Of a DNA stretch of 64,000 nucleotides, positions 1 to 13,167 are shown in pieces. The notes beneath the pieces are model-generated. The model had not been told where the DNA came from. It saw only the letters and a list, made by a program, of their open reading frames with translations, and ran no database searches. Each line of letters opens with the position of its first letter. The stretch's first letter is position 1. A program made the position numbers and the translations under genes. The stretch is taken from the NCBI GenBank assembly GCA_013239625.1, contig MU053652.1:8816077-8880076 (forward strand), in the 5' to 3' direction. Source of the stretch: Lama guanicoe. Lineage: Eukaryota.

Positions 1-454
1 GCTAAGGAAAATCTCATGTGGATCAGGCAGTGATCCCAATGCAAAAATTCCTCTCTTTTACATGTACCTTGTGTACCCTTAAGATTTTTGTTATTTTCAT
101 GTTTAAATTCCAGGGAAATGTCTGTTTTTCGTCTTTTCTAGCTCATACCTACATGAAAGTAGGAAAGGACCTATGAATGAGGAATGTACAGTATTGTGAT
201 ATCTGAATTAAATTTTAGTGGGCTTGATTTTTTTTAATTGATTGACAACTCCATTTTAAAATGCCGTATCTGTGTATTTTCATGTCTGTGTGCATTCATA
301 TGCATATATAGCTTTACACATACATGTGCAGTATTCCTGCCCATAGTAAAGACGTGGTAAGTGTAAAATAAACGAATGTCGTCTCTCCCTTAATTTGGGT
401 TCTTTATCGAACTTTTATATGAAACATCAAATTGACTTATATTGAGCATACTTG

Positions 455-1410
455 AACCAAAACCTTGGTGTCATCTTTGACCCTTCTTTTTTCATTACCC
501 CTACAACAATCAGAAAATGCTGTTTTATCTGCAGCCAGAACGGTATCCCGCTTACATTCAATTCTCTCCATCTTTTCCTGCTACTTTTCTAGTTGAAATC
601 GCTGTTACCTTCACATGAACTTTTACAATAGAATCCCAGCTGTTCTCTCTGCTTCTACTTTCTGCCATTCTCCTTACAATCCTTTCTTCATATTGCCAGA
701 ATAATCTGTTGGAAGCATAACTCAGATCTTGCCAATTTTCTGCTTAAAACCTTCCATGGCTTCCCATGACACTCAGAATAACCTCTGACCATAACCTAGA
801 GAAGGTCCTGCACAGTGCACGTATTCTAGCCTCTGGCTTCCTCTTTGATGAGTCCCTGCCTGTCACTGAGCAGCGCCTTCACTTGTAATGCTCTGCTCCC
901 AGAGTAACCACAGTGCCAAGAACTGGAGTTTAGCACCTCCAGGTCACCAGCTCCCTCTCTCCAAAGGTATCTCCAATAGATACATAATAATGTGAGTTTA
1001 TTGTAAAGTGTGATTTCTATGCAAATATGCCTTTGAATTAAGTGTCCCCCTACCTTTCTCCACTCAGTTGTTGCTTGGTTACCCCTAAATGCTTCTGGAG
1101 AAATTCTGAACATTCTACTGCTTATGTTTTCCCTGTGACGGGCTGATTCTACCGACCCGTTTAGGTCAAATGAGCCTTTTCTGCCCACCCCATCTAAAGC
1201 GCCTCTCCGTCCACTCCCTGTCACATTACCCAGTCTTGTATTTTTCGGAGCATTTAACTCTAATCAAAGTTACCATTTTTATTTATATATTTGTTTTTTA
1301 ATTGTCTCTTTACCACTTCTAGAATATAATGCTCATGAAAATAAAGACCTTGTCTTTCTTATAATTCACTGTGAGTATAAACTGCCTGAATACATGTTAA
1401 ATAAGTGAAT
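455..1410 (+). mobile_element. LINE-2 3' region, degenerate
   Basis: L2-type phrases (aaccttggtgtcatctttgac, ctcagatcttgcc...cttaaaaccttccatggcttccc, ctcatgaaaataaagaccttgtc); boundaries approximate. Confidence 0.65.
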
Positions 1411-3159
1411 ATATGTGAATCACTCCGATCATTTTTTTAAAAGGCTGCCTTTCCTCTTTGTAATTTGTACACTGATTGCTGAATCTTTTTTATGCCATTT
1501 GGTCAAGACAGTAAATACATATTCCCTTGGAATTCATCATGATCTTGAATATATAGTCATTTCCTTGATTAAATTAAGCTCTGGGTTTTTTGTTTTTTTG
1601 GGTTTTTTTTTTTTTTTAATAACTCTCGCAGCACCTTTGGCCTCTGCCAAGAATATTTCCAGCTAGGGATTTTTAAGCCGTAATCTTTACTGAAATTAGA
1701 CGGTGGCAGTTGCTAAGCTGCCAGCTGTTAACGTGATCCTTGCAGTAGGAATACAACATACAAATGTGAATGCTGTGGTCTCTAAAAACTCATCATTAGC
1801 ACGCACACGTGTGGACACAGACAGGTGTTGAACAGGTTGGCAATTGAAAAGAAAAGGGGAGGTTTCCCAGACCAGATGCAGATGCCTCGTGGGACCTCAG
1901 CAACGTAAGGTGCCTTGTCAAAGGTGTTGAGGCCAAAACCTGATTTAACGCTGTCCTCAGATGAAAGTCTGTTTATATCCCCCAATTCTCAGCTAATCCA
2001 TTCTTTGTGGAGTTATTACTAATGGATTGGGTTAAGGATATTGAATGTTTATCATTGCTATGTCTTTCTACTGCACGGATTTTCAGCTGCAATATACTAT
2101 ATAATATAAGCCTATAAGTAAGCTGATACATGAAAACAAAAACTTGATCAGAATAGGTCAGACCACCAGTTTCTATCTAATTCCCTGGCATGTGGCGACA
2201 GGGGAGAGTGGAGGCTGTAAGACTGCCTCCAGCTAGAAGCACGGAGTATGGTGACCCCCGGTCGCTGTAGGTTATCTGTTAGCAGCATTGTCTAACTGTT
2301 AATGCCAACTGATACTGGCCGTCCTTTCAGAGTGCAGCTCCTCCAGAGTACCCTCCTTCTGGATACTGGCTAGCAAACAGGTAGCCACACGGTGCTGACA
2401 GCATTCAGAAGGATTCATTTGAATTTACGCTATGAGTTCACTGTAGGCTTTGCCTCAGAAACTCAGCAGGACCTTGCAGAAGAGATGAGCAAAAGCAGAG
2501 GTTTTCAGGGATATTAGAGAAATCAAAACCATGAAATGCAGCATCATCTTATGGAAATAGAGCCAAAAGCCTATGAGTCAAAAAGATGGTGTTCATAGTT
2601 GCTTCTGATATCAAGCATTCGAAAGCCAAACTACCCTTTTTTCAGTTGTCTTGTGGCTCAGATTTCCTAACTGTCAGTGACAGCTTGGTTAGTCATTGGT
2701 TTCTTGTCACTCTTCCGTCTGTATGTCTGTACTCTTCGTTAAAACTCTGGGCCCAATTATCTGTGCAAGATTCCAGGTCTGTTAGATGACTTTTGAAATA
2801 TGAAAATAAACAAAATATTGAAAGAAGTACAAAATAAAATAAAACAAGTATTCAGTCCTTTATCATTTAAATCACCATGGCTTTAGAAAGTAGGTGATTT
2901 CTCTAAAGCTATATTCCTCAACTTTTATAGAAGAGACAGTAAAAAAAAATGATTTTGCTTTTCACTAAATAGAGAAACTATTGGGTCAATTATGTCTTTG
3001 AAAACTTAAAGGAACTAGTGTAGATTAAAAATAAGATGCCAAAGAAATTTTAGTAACCATATAGCAGAAGACAGCAATATATACATATAATATAAATGAG
3101 TTAAAGGGACCTATTAGCAAACGGAACCTCAGAACAGGATAAAAACCAAAATTCATATG

Positions 3160-3340
3160 TAAAATGCACCACAAATAAAAGGCAAAAACATAGGGAGAAA
3201 GTAGGATGACAGTATTAAATTCAGATCAAGTGAAAATCAAGAGAAGTATTAAATGTGTCAAAGGTTTATAATTTTATATTGATTAAAGATATAATCAATT
3301 ACTATAAAACAAATGATGATGATTTATTGCATATATACCT
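3160..3340 (+). mobile_element. Ancient L1 ORF2 endonuclease-region fragment
   Basis: Degenerate match to the L1 segment encoding ...ILISDK...FILIKG...IYAP (gtattaaattcagatcaagtg...ttttatattgattaaagatataatc...atatatacct). Confidence 0.45.
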
Positions 3341-5716
3341 GAGAGAAGATAAGTAGTAACAGGCAATGCCTCACCTTGCTTGCTGTTCAGTTCACTATTC
3401 TCTCTCTGCCATACCCTTAGGAGCCCTAGTCATCTTTGACTATAGATTCTTAGAGATACCTATTATCTTAAATAATAACTTTGCCAGAAATTAAGAGGCA
3501 ATTGGCTTTTCCTTTGGGAGTACAGTTATTTTTAAATTTCAGAGTGTGAATTTAAGTGAGGTATACTGGAAGGAATACCCTGCGGGGTTGTGGAGACATG
3601 TTCTAGACTCAAAATAATCATTTCCTCCTGGGTGACCTTGGGAAAGTGAGTTTCCACATCTCTGAACCCTGGAGTTGAGATTGAGGGTCCAGAGCCCTCA
3701 CCTCTCATTACCAGTATGTCTTAGAGAATAATCTTATGTTTTCTCTTCAGTGAAACTTAGATCTGGGTTTAACTGTCTGTGATTTACTGAGACTTGAATC
3801 CTCAAGATATCATAATCTCTGGCTATTTTTTTGTTTCTGATCAGTTTTCAGTTTGCAACACATTCCATTATTTCAGTCTTATCTTTTTCTCTAAGTAGAA
3901 ATACATAAAATATAGAAAGATCTTATCATTTACATAAACCAGATGTTTTTAAGAAAGTAAGAATTTCTAATGTGAATAATCACTCCCCAATTATTTATTT
4001 CTCAAATTATTTTCTGGTTTATCGTTTGCTGTTTCATTTTGTTTTTCCTAAAATTTCTTAGCATTTTGATGGCTCTCTTATGACTGTGATTACATCCTAG
4101 CTCTGTGAATCCTGAGAGAGTAAGATCTGGCTCCCCCAGGGCTCTCACACTGTGTGTCCATCACAGAATGGGCGCTCAAGACAGGCTGGTCAGATGAAGG
4201 AATGAATTTGGCCTCATGTTTATGTATTGTTTCCTGAACATTTTAAGTGGAGTGTTTGGCATTTTAAAAAATCAGGTATTACTTGTATGGCAAGTGGAGG
4301 ATTCATTTAAGAGAACAAGTCGGGTAATTTGGGCTGCTAGACTACTAGTGTTGTTTTTAACAAGAAAAATATGTGAGTTGTACTTTCAAAAATAATAGAT
4401 TTTCAAATGTGGCTCAGTAGGTTATTTAGTGAATTCTAATAAGCTGAATTTCATGGAGAAATTAAAAGGCAGGGGCTGCCTATATGCCAGACACTGTAGA
4501 AACCAGTCAGGTAAAAGCAAGGAACAACACACAGAAAATGCAGTTCAAAAGATGAAGGGAGCAAACTGGTCGGGGCCTTGGAAGGAGGAGTAGGGTTTCA
4601 CTAGATAAAGAGATAGAAAATGGGCTTTTAAAGGTGAAGGTGGTATTTCCCTGCTTGGGGGTTCAGGTGAAGAAATGAATAAAAGTGGAGGAATCTTGCT
4701 GCACAGTGTGTCTGTTGTACCAGACCCAGTGATGGCTGTGCACTCCTGCTAGCCATCGCGGGAGATCTGCGCCAGCCGTGCGGGGAAGGCAGAACTCCTC
4801 TGCTTTCCATCTCTCTCCCAGCAGGTTCCAGATTGTTCGTGGGGTGATGTATCAGGAGACTTTCTTTTAGTAGGTTTTTAAGACTCCCCAGATGAAAGAA
4901 TGAAATGGAAAACATGAATTATTTGCTTAGTATATATTTCTGTTTTGTTAATAATTGATCACAAAACAGTTACTTTGTAATAGTGTCAGGTATCTCATAA
5001 TTATGTTTTAGGTAGAAGACAAAGTTGGACATATGTTTGATTTTGTGTACTAACCTCAGCACAGATTTTTTTTCCCCCCTGGAATGTGGTGAAAAGGACA
5101 TGGGTCTTCACTCTCATGCATGTAAAAGTTAGGCCTGCCATTCAGAAACTCCATAAAACGAAATTAGATTTGGAAGACTGGCCAAAGGGTTTTAATTGGC
5201 GGTCTTGGATTGTCCTCAAAATAGAGCTAAGAATTCTTTGATGGCAGACCTCTAGAAATGATAAAATATAATGCACATCTTTTATAATGCACAACTATAA
5301 GAAGGAAAGAAAACCTCAGAGACCAAGTAGTGAAGCTTGTGAGTTGACATTGTAGTGGCAGTGGGGCTAGCCTGGGGACAAGGCATGCTGACGTTGCTGG
5401 GGGCGGGGGGGGCGGGGATGTCATTGTTCATCAGACAAAGAAAGCATACCCAAGGCATTCTCAAAGTGGGAGTACGGAGCAGAGACTTCCTCAGAAAGAA
5501 CTTCTAAGAGCTAGAGCTCAGTGCAGTGCTGGACCAGGAAGAAGCCCCCCCTCAAACTAGTCAGTTTACGTGTAGCCTTAGGCTCTGAATGTGGAGTCAA
5601 GTAGATTCCTTAACATGAACTATTGGCCTGTGCTCAGAGTGTGGACGTTTTCGTTTATTTTATCTAAATATAAGAGAAACGCCCAAGTTAAGAAATTAAC
5701 ATTAAAAAATACTTCT

Positions 5717-5869
5717 GAAGCATGGATATAGCTCAGTGGTAGCAGCGCGTGCTTAGCGTGCACGAGGAACTGGGTTCAATCCCCAGTGCCCCCATTTAAA
5801 AAATAATAAATTAATCGAAAATAAATAAATAAGTGAACCTAATTACCTCCCCCTTCCCCACCCTCCTGA
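5717..5869 (+). mobile_element. tRNA-Ala-derived SINE (camelid Vic-1-like)
   Basis: A box tagctcagtgg, B box ggttcaatcc, A-rich linker, aattacctcccc tail; TSD aaaa(a/g)tacttct at 5705-5716 and 5870-5881. Confidence 0.88.
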
Positions 5870-5989
5870 AAAAGTACTTCTAGACTGGTGCTGTATCTGG
5901 GGCATTCGACATTAAAAACATGTCTGTGTGTGAGAGGTGAGCCCTTAACCTAAGCTTTATAAGATATCTGCAGATAAAACTATGCTGAC

Positions 5990-6470
5990 TGTGAGCTCAT
6001 AATTAAAAATCACAGGATAACAAACGAATTATTTACATCCCCCAGAATTTCAGTAATAGAACTATCACATATATAAATTATAAAATAATTGTATTTAAGG
6101 CAATGAAATTTATAGGCGGGTTCAAAAGTGTAAGAATAGAACAAAACAACAACAGAGAGAACATAACACCATGAAAAATGAACAAGCCGATGTGGAACAG
6201 GACTGTATAGAACTACTAATTAAAAATTTTAAACAGTCACTGAAATTACACCCTTATTGGATGGGTTAACAGTAGGTTAGACCCCTCTGAAGAGAAAACT
6301 AGTGATGTAATTAATGACAATATTAGTTAGAATCTGAAGAAATTACTGAGAACTCAGCAGGGAGAAATGCAGGGACATGAAACATGTAAAGAGGTTAAAA
6401 GACAGAGAGAGAAGAATCTAAACTTTCAAGATACTTCCACTAGAATTTGAAGAAAGATGATACAAAGGAA
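5990..6470 (+). mobile_element. Old L1 ORF1-region fragment
   Basis: A-rich sequence with L1 ORF1 phrases (ggatgggttaacagtaggttagac...tgaagagaaaactagtga, gaggttaaaagacagag). Confidence 0.5.
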
Positions 6471-6479
6471 AAATGGGCT

Positions 6480-6955
6480 TCCATCTGGCCATTCTGGAGT
6501 TACATTCTTTTCTGGTAAGCCTGTGATCCAGGGAGTAAATGGGTTTCTTGAGTTTTATGGGTCACTCTAGCAAATTAATCGAACCCAAGGGAGGAGGAGT
6601 TCATGGGAACGTCTGATCTGTAGCCGGCTGGTCAGAAGCACAGGTGACAACCTGAATTTGCGACTGGCCGCTGCCATGCAGGGAGGGGTCAGGAGGAGAA
6701 CCTCCAGTCTGCATCCAGTTGACCAGAAGCACAGTGAACAACCTTGGCTTGCAACTGGCGTCTCAAGTCGGGGGACTGGGAGGGCAGGCTTGTAGGACTG
6801 AGCCCTTCACCTGTAGAACCTGATGCCATCTCCTGGCAGATAGTATCAGAATTGGGTTAAATTATAGGAAACCCAGCTGGTATCTAGAACATTGTTCGCT
6901 GGTAGCATGGAAAGCACCAGCCTCCATCCCCTCCCCACACACACACTGGTGCTGG
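6480..6955 (+). mobile_element. MER21-like ERV LTR fragment
   Basis: ctctagcaaattaatcgaaccc, ggtcagaagcacaggtgacaacctg and ggactgagcccttcacctgt are MER21-family phrases; internal ~40-bp imperfect duplication (6631-6668 vs 6721-6760). Confidence 0.7.
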
Positions 6956-7800
6956 GTCCGGAGCCTAAAAGAACTTACATGTAGTGAATTTTTAAAACAT
7001 ATATGGAAGTAATAAACACAAAATTCAACATAGTGATTACCTCTTAGGAGAGAGAAAAGGAAATGGGTTCGAGTAGGTATAATAATATAGGCATTATCTA
7101 TCTCTGTCCAAAGAGGGTAAAAAAAATCTTAAAGAATATATATATAAGAAATTATGATCCAACAAAGCTGGATGGTAGGTGTATACATGTTAGTATATTA
7201 AAGCACTTTTTATGCTTGAAGTATTTCGTAATATTTTTAAAATAACACAATGCTAAATCACTTTATGGAAGAGTAGCAGAATTTTGGACTAAGTTAAGTG
7301 AGAAAATGAGCTGCTTTTTAGAATAAACAATAGAAGTATAATGTTATTGTTTACCACTTACTACTACTCCCTAAGAAAAAACACCCACAATCGTATGTTT
7401 TGACACAAGGAAACTAAAACCTTCATTAATACACATCCCTATGGGAGCCACTGGGTTTCATCTGTAAGCCTTAGGCATATGTAGGTGAAAAAGCAAATTC
7501 ATTGACCATCTAAACGATAAGGAAAGACAAAGAAAAGGAAAACCTAAGAGTAGCAAGAACTGTAAGTGTCTCAAGTTTTTGGCCTCACTGGTCCAAGACG
7601 AAGCTTTGGGTTTTTTTCCCCCAAAATAGAAAAAGTCTCATTATAAAGTAATTCATATTCTCTAGAAAAAGCCAGAAACACTGAAAAACTAATTTAAAAT
7701 ATCTTATGATTGTACTACCCAATAATCATGACTATAAATGTTTTAATATGTATCCTTCTATTCATATGCGTGTATAGCATTTACCCAAAAAAGCACATTT

Positions 7801-8353
7801 TGTTACCCCAAAAAGAAAAGGGAAAAGACCTCAGTCCTTGTCTTACCAGAAAGATAAAAATTCAGACAGGAGATGAAAGCGTTGTGTAGGGAAAGATTTT
7901 AAAGGTTTTATTAGCAAAGGGAAAGTACACCTCTAAGAATGGGAGGTTGGCTGATCCAAGGGCAGAGAGCGGCGCCGGTCTTTGGTCCCTTGCCTTGCAC
8001 CCTCGCTGAGACGTGATCTCTTGATTGATTGGCGGCTCTTGCCCATGGAGCACTTAGTCATGCTCCTCCTCTTTTGCGCATGTCCTTACCCATGATGCAC
8101 ACAAAAAAACCCATAATGGGAGCCTAAACTGCAATGCTAATTATATTACAATGAGCATTGGGTCTTGTCTGGTTAGGTCCTTGTTGCTACTGCACAGTTG
8201 CAGCTGTTGGGTTCTAACTGGTTTCTTGCTGGCTCTCATTTGGAGGAAGTAAAGCCTCTTTATGCTGAAGGCAGGCATACCACCATCTTCCAACCATCCC
8301 CCTTCTCCTCCACCTTATCTACCTGATGTCCCCACTTACCTAACTACCTAACA
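7801..8353 (-). mobile_element. Solo ERV (ERV1-type) LTR, 553 bp
   Basis: Termini TGTTA...TAACA, 4-bp flanks attt/attc, AATAAA on the minus strand near 7907-7912, GC-richer than its surroundings. Confidence 0.7.
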
Positions 8354-8399
8354 ATTCTACTTTTTTTTTTAACCTGCTTTTTATGTCCAGAAAAAAATC

Positions 8400-8960
8400 T
8401 GTCATATCTCTTTTATTGGCTCCATAGCATTATACTACTTTGTGGTCATGTCATAATGTATTTAACCAAACCACTGTTGGTTTTTCCAATTTTTTCTTAT
8501 ATGCAGTGCTGCAGTGAACACACTGCACATGCATCTGAGTACTCGTCCATTTCCTTGGGTAAGTTCCTAGAAGGAGATTGACTGTATCAAAGGGTACATA
8601 ATTCATAGTAAGGCTCTTGGTATCAGTCAGGGTTCTCCAGAAAGACCAGCAGGCTGGAAACTCAGACAGGAGGGGCTGCTGCAGTCTTGAGGCAGAATTT
8701 CCTCTTCTCCAGGTAACCTCAATCTGTCACTCCATATTAATAGATATTCGTTCTTTGTTGAATGTATATTTTGCATACATCTTTCTTAGTCTGTGTCCTT
8801 GCCTTTTTACTTTCTTCATGGTACCCTTTAATGAGGAAAATCTCTTAATTTTAATATTAGTTTATGTAATCTTTTTTCTTTCATAATTTGTTCCCTTTTG
8901 AGTCCTCTTTAAAATCTTTGTCTACTAAACAGTATGCTTATATTTTCTTAGTTTTATTTT
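8400..8960 (-). mobile_element. Old L1 (L1M-type) 3' fragment interrupted by a short MLT2-like piece (~8618-8720)
   Basis: gtgctgcagtgaaca...atttccttgggtaagttcctagaag (L1 antisense); gtcagggttctccag...gcagtcttgaggcagaatttcctcttc (MLT2-like). Confidence 0.5.
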
Positions 8961-9655
8961 CTGTTTAAAAGTGGGAAAGGGAAATCTCGTTAAGCAAACT
9001 GTTTTCCCTGGAATCCTGTGTTGTAGGGTATTTTTCCAATTTAGATGTTTATCAATCCACCAAACATCCTTTTCTCCTGCTGGGAATGGTTCCTCTCCAT
9101 TTTGGAGGAACTTCTAAGGCCCTGCCCATCATAGCATTCAACAGTCTGCCACAGATGTGAGCTCTTAACCCAATGTAGGGAAACAATGATCCTTTTGCCT
9201 CTTGGCCACAGTGATTCGTCCACATATGGCCTTGTGCCTGAGCTGGGACAATCAGAGAGGTGACTGCAGAGCAGTTGGCAGCTGTGGTTCTAGCCCAGGG
9301 AGACTTCAGGACAAGAACATGAAGCCAATTCCACAAGGGAAGCAGAATGGAGAGACAAAGCAGGTCTTGACCATGTTGGGTCTTTGGCTCCCAAAAACTT
9401 AACTCCACCCAGCACCTTCCTGTGCTCGGTTTTGTGGCCCAGTACATTCCCAACATTTATTGAGATCTTTTTTTACTTCGGTTAAATTTTGAAATACATG
9501 TGCTTGAAAATGTGGTTCCATGGTTTTATGTTTGAGGATGTACCTCATGTCTCATTCTGGGGGATTCAGAATGTATGTCAGCATAGTAAAGTTCCTAAGA
9601 AACCTGCAGGAAAAGAAATCTTTCGGTCTTTATTTAACCCGATGATTCTCAAACT

Positions 9656-10865
9656 TTTGTTACTGAAGTATAGTTGATGTTCAGTATAAAAGTTACAGGT
9701 GTTAAATACAGTGAATCAAAATGTTTAAAGGATATACTCTATTTATAGTTATAAATTATTGGCAATCTTCTTTATGTTGCACAATATATCCTTGTAGCTT
9801 ATTTTAAGCATAGTTGTTTGTACCTATTAATGCCCTACCTATATTGCCTCTCCCCCTCCCAGCTTCCTACTGGTAACTACTAGTTTGTATCTCTTTATCT
9901 GTGAATCTGCTTCTTTTGTTTGTTTGTTTGTTGAATTCACTAGTTTGTTGGAGTTTTTAGATTCTACATGTAAGTGATATCATATGGTATTTATCTTTCT
10001 GTCTGATTTATTTCACTTAGCAGAATACCCTCCAAGTCCATATATATTGCTGTAAATGGCAAAAATTTCATCTTTTTACGGCTGGGTATATTATTCCATT
10101 GTATATATAAATCAGTTCTTTATCCATTCATCTGTTGAAGCAAGTTAGGTTGCTTCCCTATCTTGGCAATTGTAAATAATGCTGCTATTAACATTGGGAT
10201 GCATGTATCTTTTCAAATTGGTGTTCTTATTTCTTTCAGATATACACCAGGAATAGAATTGCTGGGTCTCATGGTAGTTGTATTTTTTGGTTTTTGAGAA
10301 ACCTCCATACTAGTTTCCATAGTGGCTGCACCAATTTATATTCCCACCAACAGTGGACAAGGGTTCCCTTTTCTCTACGTTCTTACCAACATTTATTATT
10401 TGTGTTCTTTTGGATGATAGCCATTCTGACAGGTGTGAGGTGATACCTCATTGTGGTTTTGATTTGCATTTTCCTAATGATTGGCAATGTTGAACATCTT
10501 TTCATGTGTCTGTTGGCCATCTGTATTTCCTCTTTGGAAAAATGTCTGCTCAGGTCTTCTGCCCATTTTTTGAAAATCAGGTTGTTTGTATTTTTGATGT
10601 TGAGTTGTACGAGCTGTTTATATATGTTGGATATTAACCCCTTATAGGTCATATTATTTGTAAATATTTTCTCCCATTCCATAGGTTGTGTTTTCATTTT
10701 GTTGAATGTTTCCTTTTCTGTGCAAAAGCTTTTAGGTTTAATTCAGTCCTCTTTGTTTATTTTTGCTTTTATTTATTTTGCTTTAGGAGACGAATCCAAA
10801 AAATACATTCCTACAGTTAATGTCAAAGAATGTTCTGCCTATGTTTTCTGAGAGTTTTATGTTCC
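9656..10865 (-). mobile_element. 5'-truncated LINE-1: ORF2 C-terminus plus 3' UTR
   Basis: ORF 10383..10697(-) gives EWEKIF...[27 protein letters not shown]...[19 protein letters not shown], typical L1 ORF2p C-terminal region; 3' UTR-type sequence continues to ~9660. Confidence 0.93.
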
Positions 10866-11162
10866 GAAACTTACTTTTAGCATGACTATTTTTTATTGCT
10901 CTTCTATTAATAGTTTATAGAATCTCGGACAGCAGATCATCAGTTTGGTAAATGCTGGCTCCTAGGCATGAAAACCTGACTGTAAACTGAGGAATGAAAA
11001 GTGCTTTAATCTCTGAGCAAGTTTTCAAAAAATGCTAACGTTTAAAGATTTATATGCAAATCATATGTTTCTTTTTTGAGGAGGGGCAAAGAGTCTTCTG
11101 ATAAAGAAACAGCTAAAAGATAATTGAATGCAACCAATACGTGAACTTTTTTTCTCATACAG

Positions 11163-11271
11163 GTTAGCCAGTACACCTTCGCTATGTGCAGTTACAGAGA
11201 AAAAAAGTCCGAACCTCAAGAATTAATGCAGCTTGAAGGATACACAGTGGATTATACAGATCCCCACCCAG
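11163..11271 (+). CDS. CADPS2: CADPS2 internal coding exon A (PH domain), 109 nt, phase 0 to 1
   Basis: Acceptor ttttttctcatacAG, donor G|gtaatt; translates [36 protein letters not shown], recognised as CAPS2 PH-domain sequence; too short for the ORF track. Confidence 0.97.
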
Positions 11272-12376
11272 GTAATTCTTAGTTGAATCACTTCCCCTGC
11301 CTCTCACGTATTCATGAAATTCTCATAAATATCCTGTGTCTGTTCTCCATTTCAAATGCCACTCAATGACTGGTACATATTTCATTTATATACCTAGACA
11401 AGACTTGGTGGGATTTAAATTACATCTTTATGAGAGCTACTTAGTTTTAGCCGTAACTCATCACCTCTGTTATCTTAGTACAAGGATGAATGAAATATGT
11501 GAAAGTTACTGTAATAGAAACATTATATGAGAAATACCAGCAGTGCTTACAGAAGCTTCTTTACTGAAAAGCAAAAAAGCACAACAGACAGAAATAGGGA
11601 AAGAAGTGGCTAATGAATTCCTATATGTTATATTCTACTCATTTTCTCTCCAACAACACATTCTTGTCCTTCTTTCCCTCCCTTCTAATATATTAATATT
11701 GGGTATAGTACTGGACACTTAGTGTCTGGGATTAATGAGTGAGTGAGTGAATGAATATGAATCAATGAGTTAATTAATATATGGAGATTAATGAAATTAA
11801 TAAAGTGAGGTGAAGAAATATATAGATACTAGCAAATAGAGATTAAGAAACTAATATAAATAGATTAAAAATAGAAGTTTGTGATCCTGTTCACTAATCA
11901 CTTAAAATGCAAGATACCTTCTCTGTGAAAGAATCTGGCAAAAGTAAAATACTATACAATGTAAGTATCATTTTTATCTTACACGTATTTTTTTCTGCTA
12001 GCCTGGTCATATATATTATCTCTGGCATATAGAATGAGAAATGTGCCAGCAGATAAGGACTCTCTTCTCTGGGGCATGAAATATCAGACTTTGCTCTGCA
12101 TTCCCCTGGCGTAGGCTTGTCTGTCTGGCGGAATGCTGCTGTGTTATGAACTGTTCCTTAAGCTATTTTTAATTTCCAAAGTGATATGGAACTGTGAGTC
12201 TTTCTCTTATGGGTTCCCTTCAATCCTTGGATTGTGGATTTGAACCTCAACTGAAAATGATTTAAGGCATTGAGCTGCAGATACCAAGTCAGTTCTTTTC
12301 CATGAGACCATCTAGCGAGTGAGATTAAAACCTGCACGTTATGTAAGTTCTGACCAGTGTCATGTTTCCTCGACAG

Positions 12377-12577
12377 GCCTTCAGGGTGGTCAGATGTTCT
12401 TCAATGCTGTTAAAGAAGGAGACACTGTAATATTTGCCAGTGATGATGAACAGGATAGAATATTGTGGGTTCAAGCCATGTATCGGGCCACAGGCCAATC
12501 ATATAAACCCGTTCCTGCCGTTCAAACCCAGAAGTTGAACCCGAAAGGAGGGACTCTCCATGCAGATGCTCAGCTTT
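12377..12577 (+). CDS. CADPS2: CADPS2 internal coding exon B (end of PH domain), 201 nt, phase 1 to 1
   Basis: Acceptor gtttcctcgacAG, donor T|gtaagt; (G)[66 protein letters not shown]; lies in ORF 12319..12591. Confidence 0.97.
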
Positions 12578-12847
12578 GTAAGTTTCGTTGAAAAATAATT
12601 TGATTATCAATTAATAACCTTAATAAGATATAAAACTGTCTGAGGCAAATTTGTTCAGTATTATAGTTTACATCACTAACTGATTCCTAATTGAATAAAA
12701 ATAATTCATTTTAGTAGTCACAAAATCAGTTATCTATAATTTTTGACACAAACTGGGAGTAAACAGTGCCTGTGGTTTCCAGTCATGAATTTGCCAAGCA
12801 CTGGGGTGGCTCTGGGAATCTCAAGAGCAGATAAGAAAATTCTCCAA

Positions 12848-13167
12848 CTCCAAAAAAAAAAATAATAATAAAAGAACAGAAATACAAAACAGAAACAGAC
12901 GCATAGGCATAGAATACAAACTTGTGGTTGCCAGGGGGGAGGGAGTGGGAAGGGACAGACTGGGATTTTAAAATGTAGAATAGATAAACAAGATTATACT
13001 GTATAGCACAGAGAAATTTATACAAGATCTTTTGGTAGCTCACAGTGAAAAAGAATGTGACAATGAATATATATATGTTCATGTATAACTGAAAAAGTGT
13101 GCTCTACACTGGAAATAGATACAACATTGTAAACTGACTATAACTCAATTGAAAAAAGAAAAGAAAA
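12848..13167 (+). mobile_element. Young 5'-truncated L1 3' UTR insertion
   Basis: Perfect 15-bp TSD aagaaaattctccaa at 12833-12847 and 13168-13182; G-rich L1 3' UTR tract and A-rich tail. Confidence 0.9.

Noticed and set aside
5717..5795. tRNA-Ala-like sequences (also at 25560, 40577, 54808) as tRNA genes
   Set aside because: Disrupted stems, SINE tails and TSDs show they are SINEs
10383..10697. 104-aa ORF as an independent gene
   Set aside because: Fragment of L1 ORF2p in a truncated element
1..11162. Upstream CADPS2 exon or nested RNF133/RNF148 retrogenes
   Set aside because: No WKKRYFVLVQ-coding exon and no long RING-finger ORF seen in this window
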